A stretch of 64,000 nucleotides of DNA from Camelus dromedarius (taxonomy: Eukaryota), in the NCBI RefSeq assembly GCF_036321535.1, contig NC_087468.1, positions 15,066,001-15,130,000 of the forward strand, written 5' to 3'. Positions 32,989 through 44,107 of this stretch are shown in pieces. The notes below the pieces were generated by a model that saw only the letters and a list, made by a program, of their open reading frames with translations, was not told the DNA's origin and searched no databases. A program made the position numbers and the translations under genes. Position 1 is the stretch's first letter, and each line of letters opens with the position of its first letter.

Positions 32989-34682
32989 CTGAAGGAAAGA
33001 AAGTGTGCTGGGCATGGGCCATACCTGAAGGCCTGTGGGTCAAGGGGTAGAGTAGCCATCGTGAGGCTGGCTTTCACTGTTTTCAGGCCCCTAACATCTT
33101 CATTGCCAAGGCTCTGGCTCCTCAGCAAAGTCACTGGGAAGGCGGCCAGAGTCAGGGACCGTGAGGCCTACTCAGGCCTGCTGAGGTGGGGAACGAGAGC
33201 ACTAAGGATAAGAACTCAGGGAGCCCCATTACCACCCCCTCCACTTACCCAGCCCCTACCTTATCTCGTCTGTGTTCCTCATAAGTGTCATCATCAGTGG
33301 GTAGCTCATGGCGGCACAGGGGGCAGGAGTTTGTCTAAGAAAAGCAGTGCAGTGTACCAGCCCTGGTCTGGTCTTCATGAGCTAATATCCGTCCCCGGCT
33401 CCCAACTCCCACCCCTACTCCTCTCCTGTCTCTGATTCTCCCAGTAGACCATACACAGAAAGAGTCTAGAAAACTGGGCCCAGGGCAGGGGGAGGGCTGG
33501 GAGAAAGGACGCAGTCAGTACCTTGCTCAGCCAGGGCAGAATGCAGTTGGAATGGAAGAGGTGATGGCAAGGCATCTCAATGGCAGTCTCCTCCTCCTCA
33601 AATTCCAAAAGACACACGGGGCACTTGAGCTCTTTAGGAGGGAGTGCTGATCAGGAGAGTTGCTATAGGCCCTACCTCCCAGCTCCCGCTCCTGAAGGAT
33701 ACTCCTGCCCCAACCTGGCCTGGAAAACTGAGAGGCCACACCATAGTCTGGCTCCAGATGATGTGGGTCTGGCAGACTTGCCCCAAACAGTGGAAAGAAT
33801 TAGTGTTCTCACCAGCCTGAGAGCCCCTGATGACTGTCCTGGGGAGGTTCTCAACTGCAGTCTTGGCAGCAGGTGGAGGCAAGTGGTGATCCCAGTCTAC
33901 TACCAACCCCAAGTCTTCAAAGTCCATCCTGTTAAAAAGTGACCTGGGAAGAAGGATGCCAGCTCAGGACCAAAAAAAAAAAAACAAAAACAAAAACAAA
34001 CTTTCTCTCTGCCCCCACAATCCACTAGGCTTAACTAACAGATAAATACTCTGCCCAACTAGCAGTACTAATAGCTACCCCCTCGTAGTGCTCAGTAGAC
34101 AAAAAGCACAGTGGGAAATGGCTTACAGCTGCTATCCGGCAACCGCAAGCACGCAGGCTGTTTATACCCATTCTACACAGGAGGCAGCAGCTCAGAGGAG
34201 GAGTTACTTAGGCCACGGAGGAATGACCTAGTAAAGCCAGATTCCAAGTGGCTGTGTGGCTTCCGTGCTTGGTGTTCCTAATGTACCTACTCACACCCAC
34301 ACGGCCTCTACCCCGCCCCCATGACCCGCCTACTCCTGTACTTCCTAGAGTCCACTGCCCTACCGTCCCGATTCCCCTTACTCTCCACCTTCAGTCTTTC
34401 CCAGCATCCCCTTGGCCGAGGCTGCTCACGGATGATCCAAATTATCGACTTCCCCCCGAATCTTACCGCCGGAGTAACTCCAGATTATTCATCCGTCCTC
34501 CCCAGGATCCGCTACCCCAGATAATCCGCCTTCTGCAGCCAGCCTCAGCCCAGAAACCTGTTGCCTGGGCCCTACCTCCCAGCCCCGCGCACTCACCTTG
34601 CGAGCTCCAGCAGCATGTTAGTTCGGGCATCCTGCTGTTGGTCCAACGGCTCGCAGTCGTGTTCATCGAAGTAGGACGCCAT
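32929..34682 (-). CDS. RNF181: E3 ubiquitin ligase RNF181 (RING-H2), 153 aa, 5 exons
   Basis: Exons sum to 462 nt; [12 protein letters not shown]...[42 protein letters not shown]...[10 protein letters not shown]. Confidence 0.96.
33260..33334 (-). CDS. RNF181: RNF181 exon 4 (75 nt)
   Basis: tcttag|ACAAAC...GATAAG|gtaggg; [25 protein letters not shown]. Confidence 0.94.
33522..33631 (-). CDS. RNF181: RNF181 exon 3 (110 nt)
   Basis: ctcctaaag|AGCTCAAG...AGCAAG|gtactg; RING N-terminal half. Confidence 0.93.
33813..33943 (-). CDS. RNF181: RNF181 exon 2 (131 nt)
   Basis: cccag|GTCACT...GGCTG|gtgaga; [27 protein letters not shown]. Confidence 0.94.
34597..34682 (-). CDS. RNF181: RNF181 exon 1 coding part (86 nt)
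   Basis: gccATGG; GCAAG|gtgagt. Confidence 0.94.
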
Positions 34683-34689
34683 GGCAGCG

Positions 34690-35200
34690 GAGCAGTCTGA
34701 CACAGCCCTCGGACTCCGCTGGACTGCGGCCTCGCGGGGCTGGCCAATAAACTGGCGAGGTGAGGGAGGACGACCAATCAGAGCATCCAAGAGGCGGGCA
34801 CAGTAGCCACCGAAAGCGGAAGTATTAATTTTCTCACCTCTGATTGGCTAGAAAAGTCAGGTGACAAAAGGCTGAAGCCAATGGCAGGAGCCGGGGCTAG
34901 TCAGACAACATTCGCCTCGGAGTCCCAGCTTGGGGTAAATTCCTGGGAGGGACTTGTAGATCGCGTCCCTAGAGCCCTGAAATGCCAAGTGTCCGGGCTT
35001 TAGGGGGTCTTCGATCTGCTCTGCGGCTCAAGAGGGTCTCGGCAGTGCGGATGCTAGCGGCCTCTTAGAAAGAGGGAGGCGCTGGCCCAGGGCTCAAGAG
35101 TTCTGCGAGCCTAGGGAAGCCTGGAGTCAGGGCGCTTCCCGCTGCTCTAACCCGTCCCCGCCGGGCACTTCTGCACCCGCTGCGCTCTAGTTGATTCAGG
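34690..35200 (-). promoter_or_regulatory. RNF181 promoter
   Basis: CCAAT boxes 34744, 34774, 34843(rev), 34878; ETS GCGGAAGT 34816-34823. Confidence 0.75.
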
Positions 35201-35534
35201 ACTTGTCGCTTGACTTCTCCATGACCCCCGCAAAACAAACAAAAATTTCCTGCTCGTTTCTTCTGTGTTAGGCACGATAATAAAGGGTGGGGCAACCTCC
35301 TCAACCGAGAGGAGGACGATCCCTGCAGGGAAATCGGGGGGCTTACCAGCCCTCTGAACTATCTGTGTGACCTTTAGCCCATTGCTCAACCTCTCCCCTA
35401 GCTTCTGTACAACTAGTGGCTTGAATTAAATAAGTGGTTTGCATCCCTCGCCACCCATAATCTCCCGGAGCGAGAAGAAGGCGGGATTGTAGCTTTAGGG
35501 AAAAAAAAACAAAAACCACGTCTGATACTTACCC

Positions 35535-35633
35535 TCAAAGATTTTGATTTAACTGATCTAGGCCTGCCTGGGCATGGTATTTTTATAAGTTCTGCAGGTG
35601 ATTCTCTGGTGTGAGGCAAGGTTGAGAACCACT
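35535..35633. mobile_element. MER5A-like hAT fragment
   Basis: caggtgattctctggtgtgaggcaaggttgagaaccact. Confidence 0.6.
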
Positions 35634-36777
35634 ACATTAAATGATTTGGATGACAGCTACCATTTATTTGGCATCTAGAACTATAACATTGATATATATT
35701 TTACGTATGGTGTAATTAATCCCCACAATTGTCCTGGGAGCTAAGTATCACTATCCCTTTTTAACATATGTAAACCCCAAGTACCGGAAGTGGCTTGCCT
35801 GAATTCACAGGGCCTGTCAGTGGTGTTGCAGACCAAAGTGCAGGGCTGTGCTTTCCTCCATCTTTCCCAGGAAAGGCAGGTAACAATGAGCCTAGCGGAA
35901 GTAGCCGGCTCTGTGCAGGTACAGTTGCGTACAAATTAAGGGTTTGTTCTTGTTTCTCTGCCAGTAACCCTCACTCCACCTCACAAGGAGCTGCTTCTGT
36001 TACACACTTGACCCTGAATTCCCCTTCCCACCCATACTTGAGTTTGAGATGTTAAATAGCCCAGGAAGTGGCTGCCCTGCTTCCCAGGTCTTGGTAGGGC
36101 CTTTCCTTTTTCCATGGCCTTTTTCATTACCCAGTGATCTTTCCTGGCACCCTGAAGGCACTATCTGCTTGATTGTATGTGATTCTAGAGCTCTGAAAAG
36201 CCCAAATTCTTTCCTACAGGGCAAACTCCAGGCCATCCTTTGTGACTCTGCATTATAGCACCGTGGAAGGAAGCCGTCTGCACGCACTGCCCCATCCCCC
36301 ACCCACAACCTACAATCTGGTGTAAAGTTTGAGGAAGAATGTGGGCGGAGAGATTGGAGAAGAGGTGCTTAAGGGTCAAAGGTCTCTCTGAGGGTGAGAG
36401 CCTTGTAATATAAACATTTTGGAAGTGTTTTCCTCTTTGTCATCCCATCTGGAGTCCCACTGGTCCTCTGAACATCCCAAGACATCAGAAAAGTAATAGA
36501 TTTCATTCTCAGGGGAACATTCTCAGAGGCACTGGTTGAAGGGTTTGGTTGGGGGGCTGTTGTGTCTTTACACCTGCACTCTGGAAGGATCTGTCTGTGT
36601 AGGGTTGGATCAAGTCAGGAAGGGAGAGGAAGGGGCCACCTCCCAGGACTGGAGTCCTTTGGGACTTTCTAAGTAGCCCCAGGAGTGCAGGCAGAGCAAG
36701 ATGAACCAACTTGGAAACCTTCAAACACACACACGCATACACATGCACACACACCAGCTTTTAACCAAACAGCAGCT

Positions 36778-36783
36778 TTTACT
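36778..36783 (-). terminator. Candidate VAMP5 poly(A) signal, variant AGTAAA
   Basis: Only hexamer candidate seen near the stop; followed by GU-rich (TG)n at 36725-36753. Confidence 0.5.
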
Positions 36784-36995
36784 AAGCTCCAGATGGGGCT
36801 GGTCTGGCATGGCCGGTGTAGCAAGCTGCCCTCAAGGGCCAGTCTGTGGTGTGATAGGAGATAACAAAGGTGCACAAATTGGGGCTGCCTTTCTGGGCCC
36901 ACTGCGGTGGCTCAGATGGGAGCAAATGCCAGGGTTTTCTGAAGACCAAAACCAGCCAGTGTGGGCATTGGGCCTTTTTTTCAGGCCCAGCTGGG

Positions 36996-37205
36996 TCAGT
37001 CCCCAGGCCCTGAGGAAGCACCTGCGCCCTGGGCCTGTGAGGCACCACTGTTCTTGCTGCTCAGTGAGAGAAAGACGGCCAGCAGCACGATCAGTATAAT
37101 GACCAGGCTGCCGCCCACGATCGCCCCCAAGTAGATCCGGCAACGGATGTTCTCCCAGCGCTTCTTCCGGGCCATAGTCTTGGTTGTCTTGCTGAAGGCT
37201 GAGCT
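36996..37205 (-). CDS. VAMP5: VAMP5 exon 3 coding part (210 nt)
   Basis: ccacag|AGCTCA; RKKRWEN plus TM helix [23 protein letters not shown]. Confidence 0.95.
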   Translation of the reverse strand, partial: SSAFSKTTKTMARKKRWENIRCRIYLGAIVGGSLVIILIVLLAVFLSLSSKNSGASQAQGAGASSGPGD

Positions 37206-40200
37206 CTGTGGACACCCCCAGACATAAGGTGTGAGTTGGGTGTTTCCCCAGAGCCCCGAACCAGCCCCTTCCAGCCCTGCCCTGGCAAGGCCTAGTCTCC
37301 TCCCGCAGCCTCCCCATCCTGTCTGCTCCCTTCCTCCACACAGCCTTCCCTGGGATCCCCCAGCCTGACTCCTGGTCTCAGACACTGGTGTAGCCCCTGA
37401 CTCGCACTCCTACGGGCTCACACACCATCCCGCTTCTCCCTACTGTTAACAGTGCTAGTCTTCAGCCTTTAGGAAGATCCACAGCTTCAAACCAAGGCCT
37501 TCTTACTGCATAAGGCCTACCTACCTGTTGCATAGCTAGGTTGGGGGGTGCCTCAAGAAACCCCACACTGGCCCTTGGGTGAGCCTCAGGCCCCCAAGTG
37601 GCCTGGAGACCCTAAGCACAGCCTGAGAGCTCCCTCTGAGGGCCCCTCCTAGTCTCTCCCCCAACCCTGCTTCCCCAGGCCTCATACCATATCTAGGAGT
37701 TGGTCTGAACGTTTTTCCAGCTCCGCCAGCTTCCCGTCACGCTCCAGGACCTTGCCGAAGTTGTTGAGCATGATTTCTGTCACCTCATCTGCCTGCCGCT
37801 GGCACTGCTCCAGCTCTTTCCCTGCCTGTGCACCAAGCCCAAGGTCAGGGTTACACAAGACCCCCATTTGGCCCTCATCTGGTCCTGAGACCTAGAGACC
37901 CCCTTGCCCCCACAGCGTGTGTATGTGTGTGTGTACACACGTGTAGTATCTGAGTAAGGGGAACAGCATCTTTCATGGAAGGGTCTGATATGTGCAGAGT
38001 GAAGGGCCAGCCTGCCAGGGGGTGTGGCTCACCTTGGGCTCCTCCCCTTACCTATCACAGCAGGTCCTAGATCAGCCTTGACCTCCAGCATTTCAGCTTC
38101 CTCTAAGGTGGCCCCAGATGGGACCTTCCAAAGCAGACACTTTGCTCACCTGCTCTAGGTTGGCCTTGACTCAAGGCACACCTGCCCTATGGCTTCCCAC
38201 TGGCCTAAGGAGGCAGCAAAGAACAGAGAGCCAAGCTACTTGGCCAGAGGCAGACAGGCAGGAGCTCCACCCCACAGAGCTAGAGAGGTAATTTTGGACC
38301 ACCACACGTTACAGCCTCTGCCTCACCCCACAGACACAAACTGAGATCAGATCTCCCTCCCCGCCCTCCCCAGGATTCTGACTGGTCAGGCCAGTTCTGC
38401 CTCCTGGCCTGACCCTGCTCCCACATCAGTGCTCAAAGCTGATTCTCCATCTGCCTGAGAACCTCAGCCTTCCTGGTCCCTGGCCTCCAGCTTTCCGGCT
38501 GGCCAAGATCTTCTCTGGGTTCCACCTCACACAGAGGAGACCTACTCTGATTTCCCAGCCTCATCTGACAAAAGAACCCAGCTCATTTCAGAGGACTGGG
38601 ATGGGAGATGCAGGATCCAAGCAGGGAGACTGAGGGGACAGGAGGAAGAAGAAAGCAGGGGTCCCAAGCAAGAAAGGAACTGGGCTTTGGATGCAGGCAA
38701 CCGGGAGACTCAGGGCAGGGGGCCCTAGTAAGAGCTTGAAGTCCAGGGACATGTCAGAGAGATGAACACCAGCGGATTAACAAACCACAGCTACTCCCTC
38801 TGCCCAGCCTAGTCCCCCACAGCCCAGCCCTCCTCTCATCTCCTCCCCACAGAACACGGGCCAAGCTCCTTTTCCTGCCAGACTATATTGCCCATTGTCT
38901 GCAGTAGACATTTTGGCACTTGACTGAATTCCACTTAAAACCAGAGAAAGGGAAGGGATCTGGTGGTCACAGAGCGCCACCTCCTACTCAGGCAAGAATC
39001 CTCATTGAGGATTTGTGCAGCTGCCTTGCACACAACCTTCAAGCATTCTCAGTATATGAGTCTGACCTCCCCAACTGGACCACAGGCTCCCAGCAGGAGG
39101 GCAGAGGCCAGTGCCTGGGGGCCCAACATCGTGCTGACCACTGCAGGAACTCAGTGAGTGGGCCAGCTGCATTACAGCATATCCAAATGCAACTGTTACT
39201 CTCAAGTTTGTTATCCCAGGGTGTTTATCTAGCCCAGCAGGAATTTGGAGGGGCAGGCATCTGAAACCCAAGTAGGCCAATATTTACCCATGAACTAGAA
39301 AAGCAACCTGCTTTGAGAAGGGGGGTAGCAAACCACGACGGAGGGGCACACTCACAGGCTGGGGCAAGCAGTACCAGGGGAACAAGGAGGAAGAATGAAG
39401 AAAGCAGGGAAGCCGTATACTCATCTCTACCTTTTCCTGAGTCAACCGTCATCACTACTATCATGGCTGCTATATTCCTCAACAAGTCTTCATTATTTGG
39501 AGTCTCTCACATTCAAACAGTCCAAGCCCTCCTCACATTCAAATAGTCCAACACAAAAACCTGGGAATGGACCAAGAGTCAAAAATGAGAATCACTGCTA
39601 GAGGCCGGTGGGATGCTGGACATTATTTTTTCTTCTCTGAACCCTACAGCTGTTGTTATCTTATTCTCCAACACGGGGTGGTGTTGGGTCACATTCTTCA
39701 AGAGACCTGGCTGTGCCTCCTGCTGCAAGCTGCAGCCTCCTTCCCTCACTGCGAAGCCAGGCCTGTCCAGAGCCAAGATGGTCCCACGCCTAAAAGAACA
39801 CAGAGGCCTCCAGGTTCAAGTCTCTGGCCCTCCTTGGCCCCACTCAACCAGAGGAAAAAGGACACCGTATGCACTGGTCACTGCTGGCACAGTGATTGAG
39901 ATAGAGAACTGCGTGGTGGGGAAGGAGGTAAGTGGCCAGAGGGCAAGACCACGCCACCTCCTGCCACACAGAACTCGGCAGAGTGCCTGGCACACAGTGG
40001 ACGTGCGGAAAATATTTTCTGAATGAACTGTGCCTGTTCTTAAAAGGATCACTATAGGCCTGGGGAAAGACATATGTGATACAGTCAGAGAAAAGAGTTT
40101 ATAGCGTGAGATACAAACAGTGAGTGTCGGAGCTGCCCACAGAGAGGGGATTCCTGAGATGGGGGATGAGGGGGGAGCTCGGACACTCGTGCCACAGAGA

Positions 40201-43200
40201 GACAGAGACATACTCGGGACAGTGACAGTCTGGCAGAGGGTAAGGATGGAAGGGGCAGGACGGGAATTGAGAAAGCAGTAAAAGCCAAGAAGAGGAAGCT
40301 TATGTGGAGGGAAGGATGGACCCAGAGCTAGCGTAGGTTTCTGAGCCTGGAGGGACTTCAGGAGAATTTCTCTGCTGGTAGTAAAAGAGAATGGAGGTGA
40401 GAAAACTCAAGAAGAGAGGCCACCAGAAGGCATGGAGGTGAGAAAACTCAAGAAGAGAGGCCACCAGAAGGCACAGAAAAGTGCCATCGGCAAGGGTCTG
40501 AGGTGTCCCGCAGGCTAGCGGGGAGCGGGAGCGAGGGCAAGAGGAAGGGAGGGTGAAAGAGGCACTTCCGGGGTTTGGGGGGGTGTGGAGGCAGCACTGC
40601 TGGCAAAGGGTGTTAGTTACAGGAAACGGACAGACCGTTACCTGTATGCAGAATACCCCTCTTTGATTCTCAAATCCCCCCTTAGGGTTTTCCAAGCCAA
40701 ATAAGTTGCTTTCTCTGAAAACAAAGCTCTCAAAAACCTCCCTTACCAAAACTCTCCTGTCTCCCCTCTTTCTTGTTTAGTGCTTACAAAACTCTTATCC
40801 AGCTGTCACTGTTGTGTCTTCACTTGGACCTGGGCAGCGACCTGGTGTGTCAGCTTCTTCCTGGGTCAGCACTTGCCTGACCTCAGAGCCTAAAAGCAAG
40901 GCTCTGTGCTGCAGCTCCAGCATCCTTCAAATCCTGCAGTGACTGAAGACCGGGATGTGAACTTTCTGACCCTCCACTTCCTCATCTATAAAGTGGGGAC
41001 AATGATATCTCCCATAACATTAGCTAAGGCGTGTGATCTATTATAAATAAAGGGCTTAGCACAATTCCTGACACATACTAAATGCTCAGTAAATAATAGC
41101 TATTATTATTATTGCTGTAGCCCAAGTTACCCTAGCATTCTTTGTAGCTGTCAGATCTCAGGAACTACACAATACTTGTGGTCAATAAAACTGCTTATAT
41201 ATTTTTACAAAATACATAGCCAAGCAAGCTCTTCCTTACTGCAAGTTTGTGCACTTAATTGTTTCTAACCTAAATATAGAACTTGACATGGGCCTTTGAT
41301 AACTCATATCCAGTTTATTTCCATCAGGCGCTGCAGGCTGTTGAGAAGGTTTCACATCTTGACCGTGATGACAGCTGCCATTCAATGGGCACGTACTCTT
41401 GAGCTAAGCACTCTGCGGCTAGCTGTTTGTTCACTTTATCTCATTTAAGCCTCACAACAATCCATTGAGGAAAGTGCTGTTATTCCAGTTCTATTAAGAA
41501 ATTGAAGCCCAGAGGGGTTAAATCACCCATCCAAGGTCACAGAGCCTGTAAGTAGATCTGGGAACTGAACCGACTTAGACTTCAAGGATCACATTCTTAA
41601 CCCCGGTGCTAAACTAGATGTAGGTAAAGGAGATCAAATGCTTTGGCTGGCTGGCTGAAGACTCACCAGACCTTTTGATGTTGCCAACTCAACTTGTGTG
41701 CATACAAGGGAGTCCCCTGGCTCAAAACCCAAATTCTTTGGACAGTGCATGAGAGAGGACCATCTACAAGATGAATGAATTCAAGTCATTACCCATTCAA
41801 TTTCTATCTTTCCCATCACTAGTTTATTCCTACTCTACCCCCCATACTAGTCACCAGGTCTAGCACAAAGGAAATGCCCAAGAAATACTTGTTAATTGAA
41901 TGAGTCAGAGAAGAGGAGAAAAGAAAGAAAAGGAATAAGGACCAGGTACACCTGAAACATTGTAAATCAACTACACTTCAATTAAATAAATAAATGTAAT
42001 AATAATAATTTAAAAAAAAAGATGGACCAGGTAGGGAAGGTGGATGGAAAGAAGGAAGGGGCAGTGCTGGGGGTGGACAAAGGGGCAGGAGTGAGAGAAA
42101 GAACAAAGGGAGGGGGCTAGGAGATGGGTAGAAGAGAGAAATCAATGTATGCTTCCCAGGCTCTGATCCACTATTTGTCTCAGATGAACCTGTGAGAGTC
42201 CCAGAGTTTTCCAGTACCACTCGCCCCCAAATTACCCTGACCTCTGCCTTCATTTCAAGAGTTTCCACTTCTGGCCAAGTGCTAAGGTCCAGCTGGCTGT
42301 CCACCCTACCCCTGCCTGATCCCTTGCTCTGCACACTGGGAAGTGGGCTCTGGGCTCAGTCCCATTCTGCGGGCCTCCCTCAGTTTCCTGGCATGGCCTT
42401 AGAGCTCAGTGCTACCTTCCTGCCCCGCTTCCTCTTCCTGCCTCCAGTTCCCTGGAGATGAGGCCATCCAGGCATCTCGACCCTCAGCCAGGACACATCC
42501 ATCACACCTCTCTGCTGGCTTTTCCGTGGCAGAATCTTAAAGCACCAAGCCTGCTTCTGCCGGGCCCAACTTCCCACGAGTTCCAGGGGAGGGGCACCAC
42601 CTGTTCCTGACACCTTTGCCTTGGAGATGGCAAGTGGAGACAGAGGCCAGAGTCTACAGCAGGAGTGGACGAATGACTCACTCAAGAATCTGTCCCTTGG
42701 TAGGGGTTAGAAGGGAGTCAGGCCATGCCCCTGTCTGATAACTTCAGTGGAACTTTCTAAGTAAACATCTTCCTTTCTCTCTCCCTAGAGGAGTCTGCCC
42801 CCCACCACCCTGCCACCAGGCTGGTATATCCTCTACCGTGCCCTCTGCTCAGGTTTCCAACTCCTGGGCCAGACTTGGCTCCTCACGGCTCCAAGAAGGG
42901 CTGGAAAGGTCATCGTTTTACCCACCACTTCTCAGGAGCAGGCTTTCTGAGCTCCAGGCGGGTCTCTGCCATTGTGTCTCCTTTAACCTCCCAAGGACTC
43001 AGCAAGGCCGGTATTGCTGACCCCACTTCACGATGCGGAAAAGGAGGCTCAGGGAGGCTAAGTGACTTGCCCGGGGTCACAGAGCGGGTAAGTGGCCACC
43101 AGCAGGATCTCGGCCCGGAGTCTAACTCCAAAGCCAGTGCTGGTAATCACCGGACTCCCGCAAGTGCGAAGCCGGAGTCCCGCTCACTCGGCGCGGGGCC

Positions 43201-43393
43201 GCCGGGACCGGCGCACGCCGCACTTTCCCTGCCCGGGTGCGTGGGGAGTGGAGGGTCCCGCGCGGTCCCGCTCCCCGCCGCCGTCCCCTCCGGAGGACGC
43301 CCCCACCCTTGGACTTCGGACTCCCGCCTCGCACCCCCACGGCCGTCCTCTGCCCTCTGCCCCCCGCCCCGCCCCGCCCCGGGCCCTCACCAT
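36996..43393 (-). CDS. VAMP5: Vesicle-associated membrane protein 5 (myobrevin), 116 aa R-SNARE, 3 exons
   Basis: 3+138+210 nt; M|[46 protein letters not shown]|SSAFSKTTK...TM...SGPGD*. Confidence 0.96.
37688..37825 (-). CDS. VAMP5: VAMP5 exon 2 (138 nt)
   Basis: gcacag|GCAGGG...GATATG|gtatga; SNARE motif. Confidence 0.95.
40391..40472 (+). repeat. Perfect 41-bp tandem duplication
   Basis: atggaggtgagaaaactcaagaagagaggccaccagaaggc x2. Confidence 0.95.
40960..41110 (+). mobile_element. MIR
   Basis: ttcctcatctataaagtgggg...aaatgctcagtaaataatagctattatt. Confidence 0.7.
41946..42020 (+). mobile_element. Short L1 tail with probable TSD GGACCAGGTA
   Basis: gtacacctgaaacattgtaaatcaactacacttcaattaaa; GGACCAGGTA on both sides. 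Confidence 0.7.
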
Positions 43394-43700
43394 CGCCGCT
43401 GCCGCCTCCTCGCCCGCTCCGGCTCCTCTGCCCGCGAGCGGCTGCAGTGCCAGGGACCCGGGAGGAAGCGGAGGGCGGGGCGGGGCCGGCCCGGCGGGGG
43501 CGGGGGGCGCGCTCCCCTGAGCAGCGACCAAGACAGGCAAATCGAAAGCGGCCGGCGACGGCGACCGTGACGGATCCGGCTTCGGTGCCTCTCCGCGGGC
43601 CGCCGCGCAAGTCTCCGGCCGACTCCCCAGCCTCGTGAAGTGGGGGCTCCGCTCCGGCAGCATAGGCCCAGGTCTGCGTCTCAGGACCCCAGTCTATGAA
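43100..43700 (-). promoter_or_regulatory. VAMP5 CpG-island promoter
   Basis: CpG-rich, several GGGCGG boxes at 43475-43510. Confidence 0.75.
43391..43393 (-). CDS. VAMP5: VAMP5 exon 1 coding part (ATG only)
   Basis: gcggcgATG|gtgagg in CpG island. Confidence 0.88.
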
Positions 43701-44088
43701 ATGGGCATAGTGGAGCGGGCTCTGAAGCCGGGCTTAGGTCCTCTCTGGAGCTGCCTCCAACATCAGGTAGATCGGGTTTACCTGGGGAGGTGTCATTTAT
43801 TCATTCAACAAACACCTGTAGGAGCACGATTGCCCCGCCTTTGTTAGGCGCTGGAAATGCAGTGAACAGCTAGGCAGGGTCTTTGCTAACTTGGTGAGTG
43901 CATCTCACGCACAACCAAAAACCAATTCCCCCAAAGTTTTGAAACTAAATAAAGCTTATTCACAATAAATATTATGAATGCACTACTTCCCCTGGATTGT
44001 ACATTTTAAAAATGGTCAATTGTATGTTTTGTGACTTTCACCTCAGTTAAAAGAGAAAATAGACCCTCATGGAGAAGGTACTAGTTCT

Positions 44089-44107
44089 AGCTTTCTCTTT
44101 CACTTTG
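44089..44107 (-). promoter_or_regulatory. IRF/ISRE-like element upstream of VAMP5
   Basis: Minus strand CAAAGTGAAAGAGAAAGCT. Confidence 0.55.

Noticed and set aside
32689-33435. 248-aa plus ORF
   Set aside because: Antisense shadow over RNF181 exons 4-5 and introns
40300-40749. 149-aa minus ORF as possible ERV gag
   Set aside because: No gag motif I can identify; frame depends on the 41-bp duplication
42875-43663. Long ORFs on both strands at the VAMP5 promoter
   Set aside because: CpG-island artefacts; only the ATG-only exon is supported
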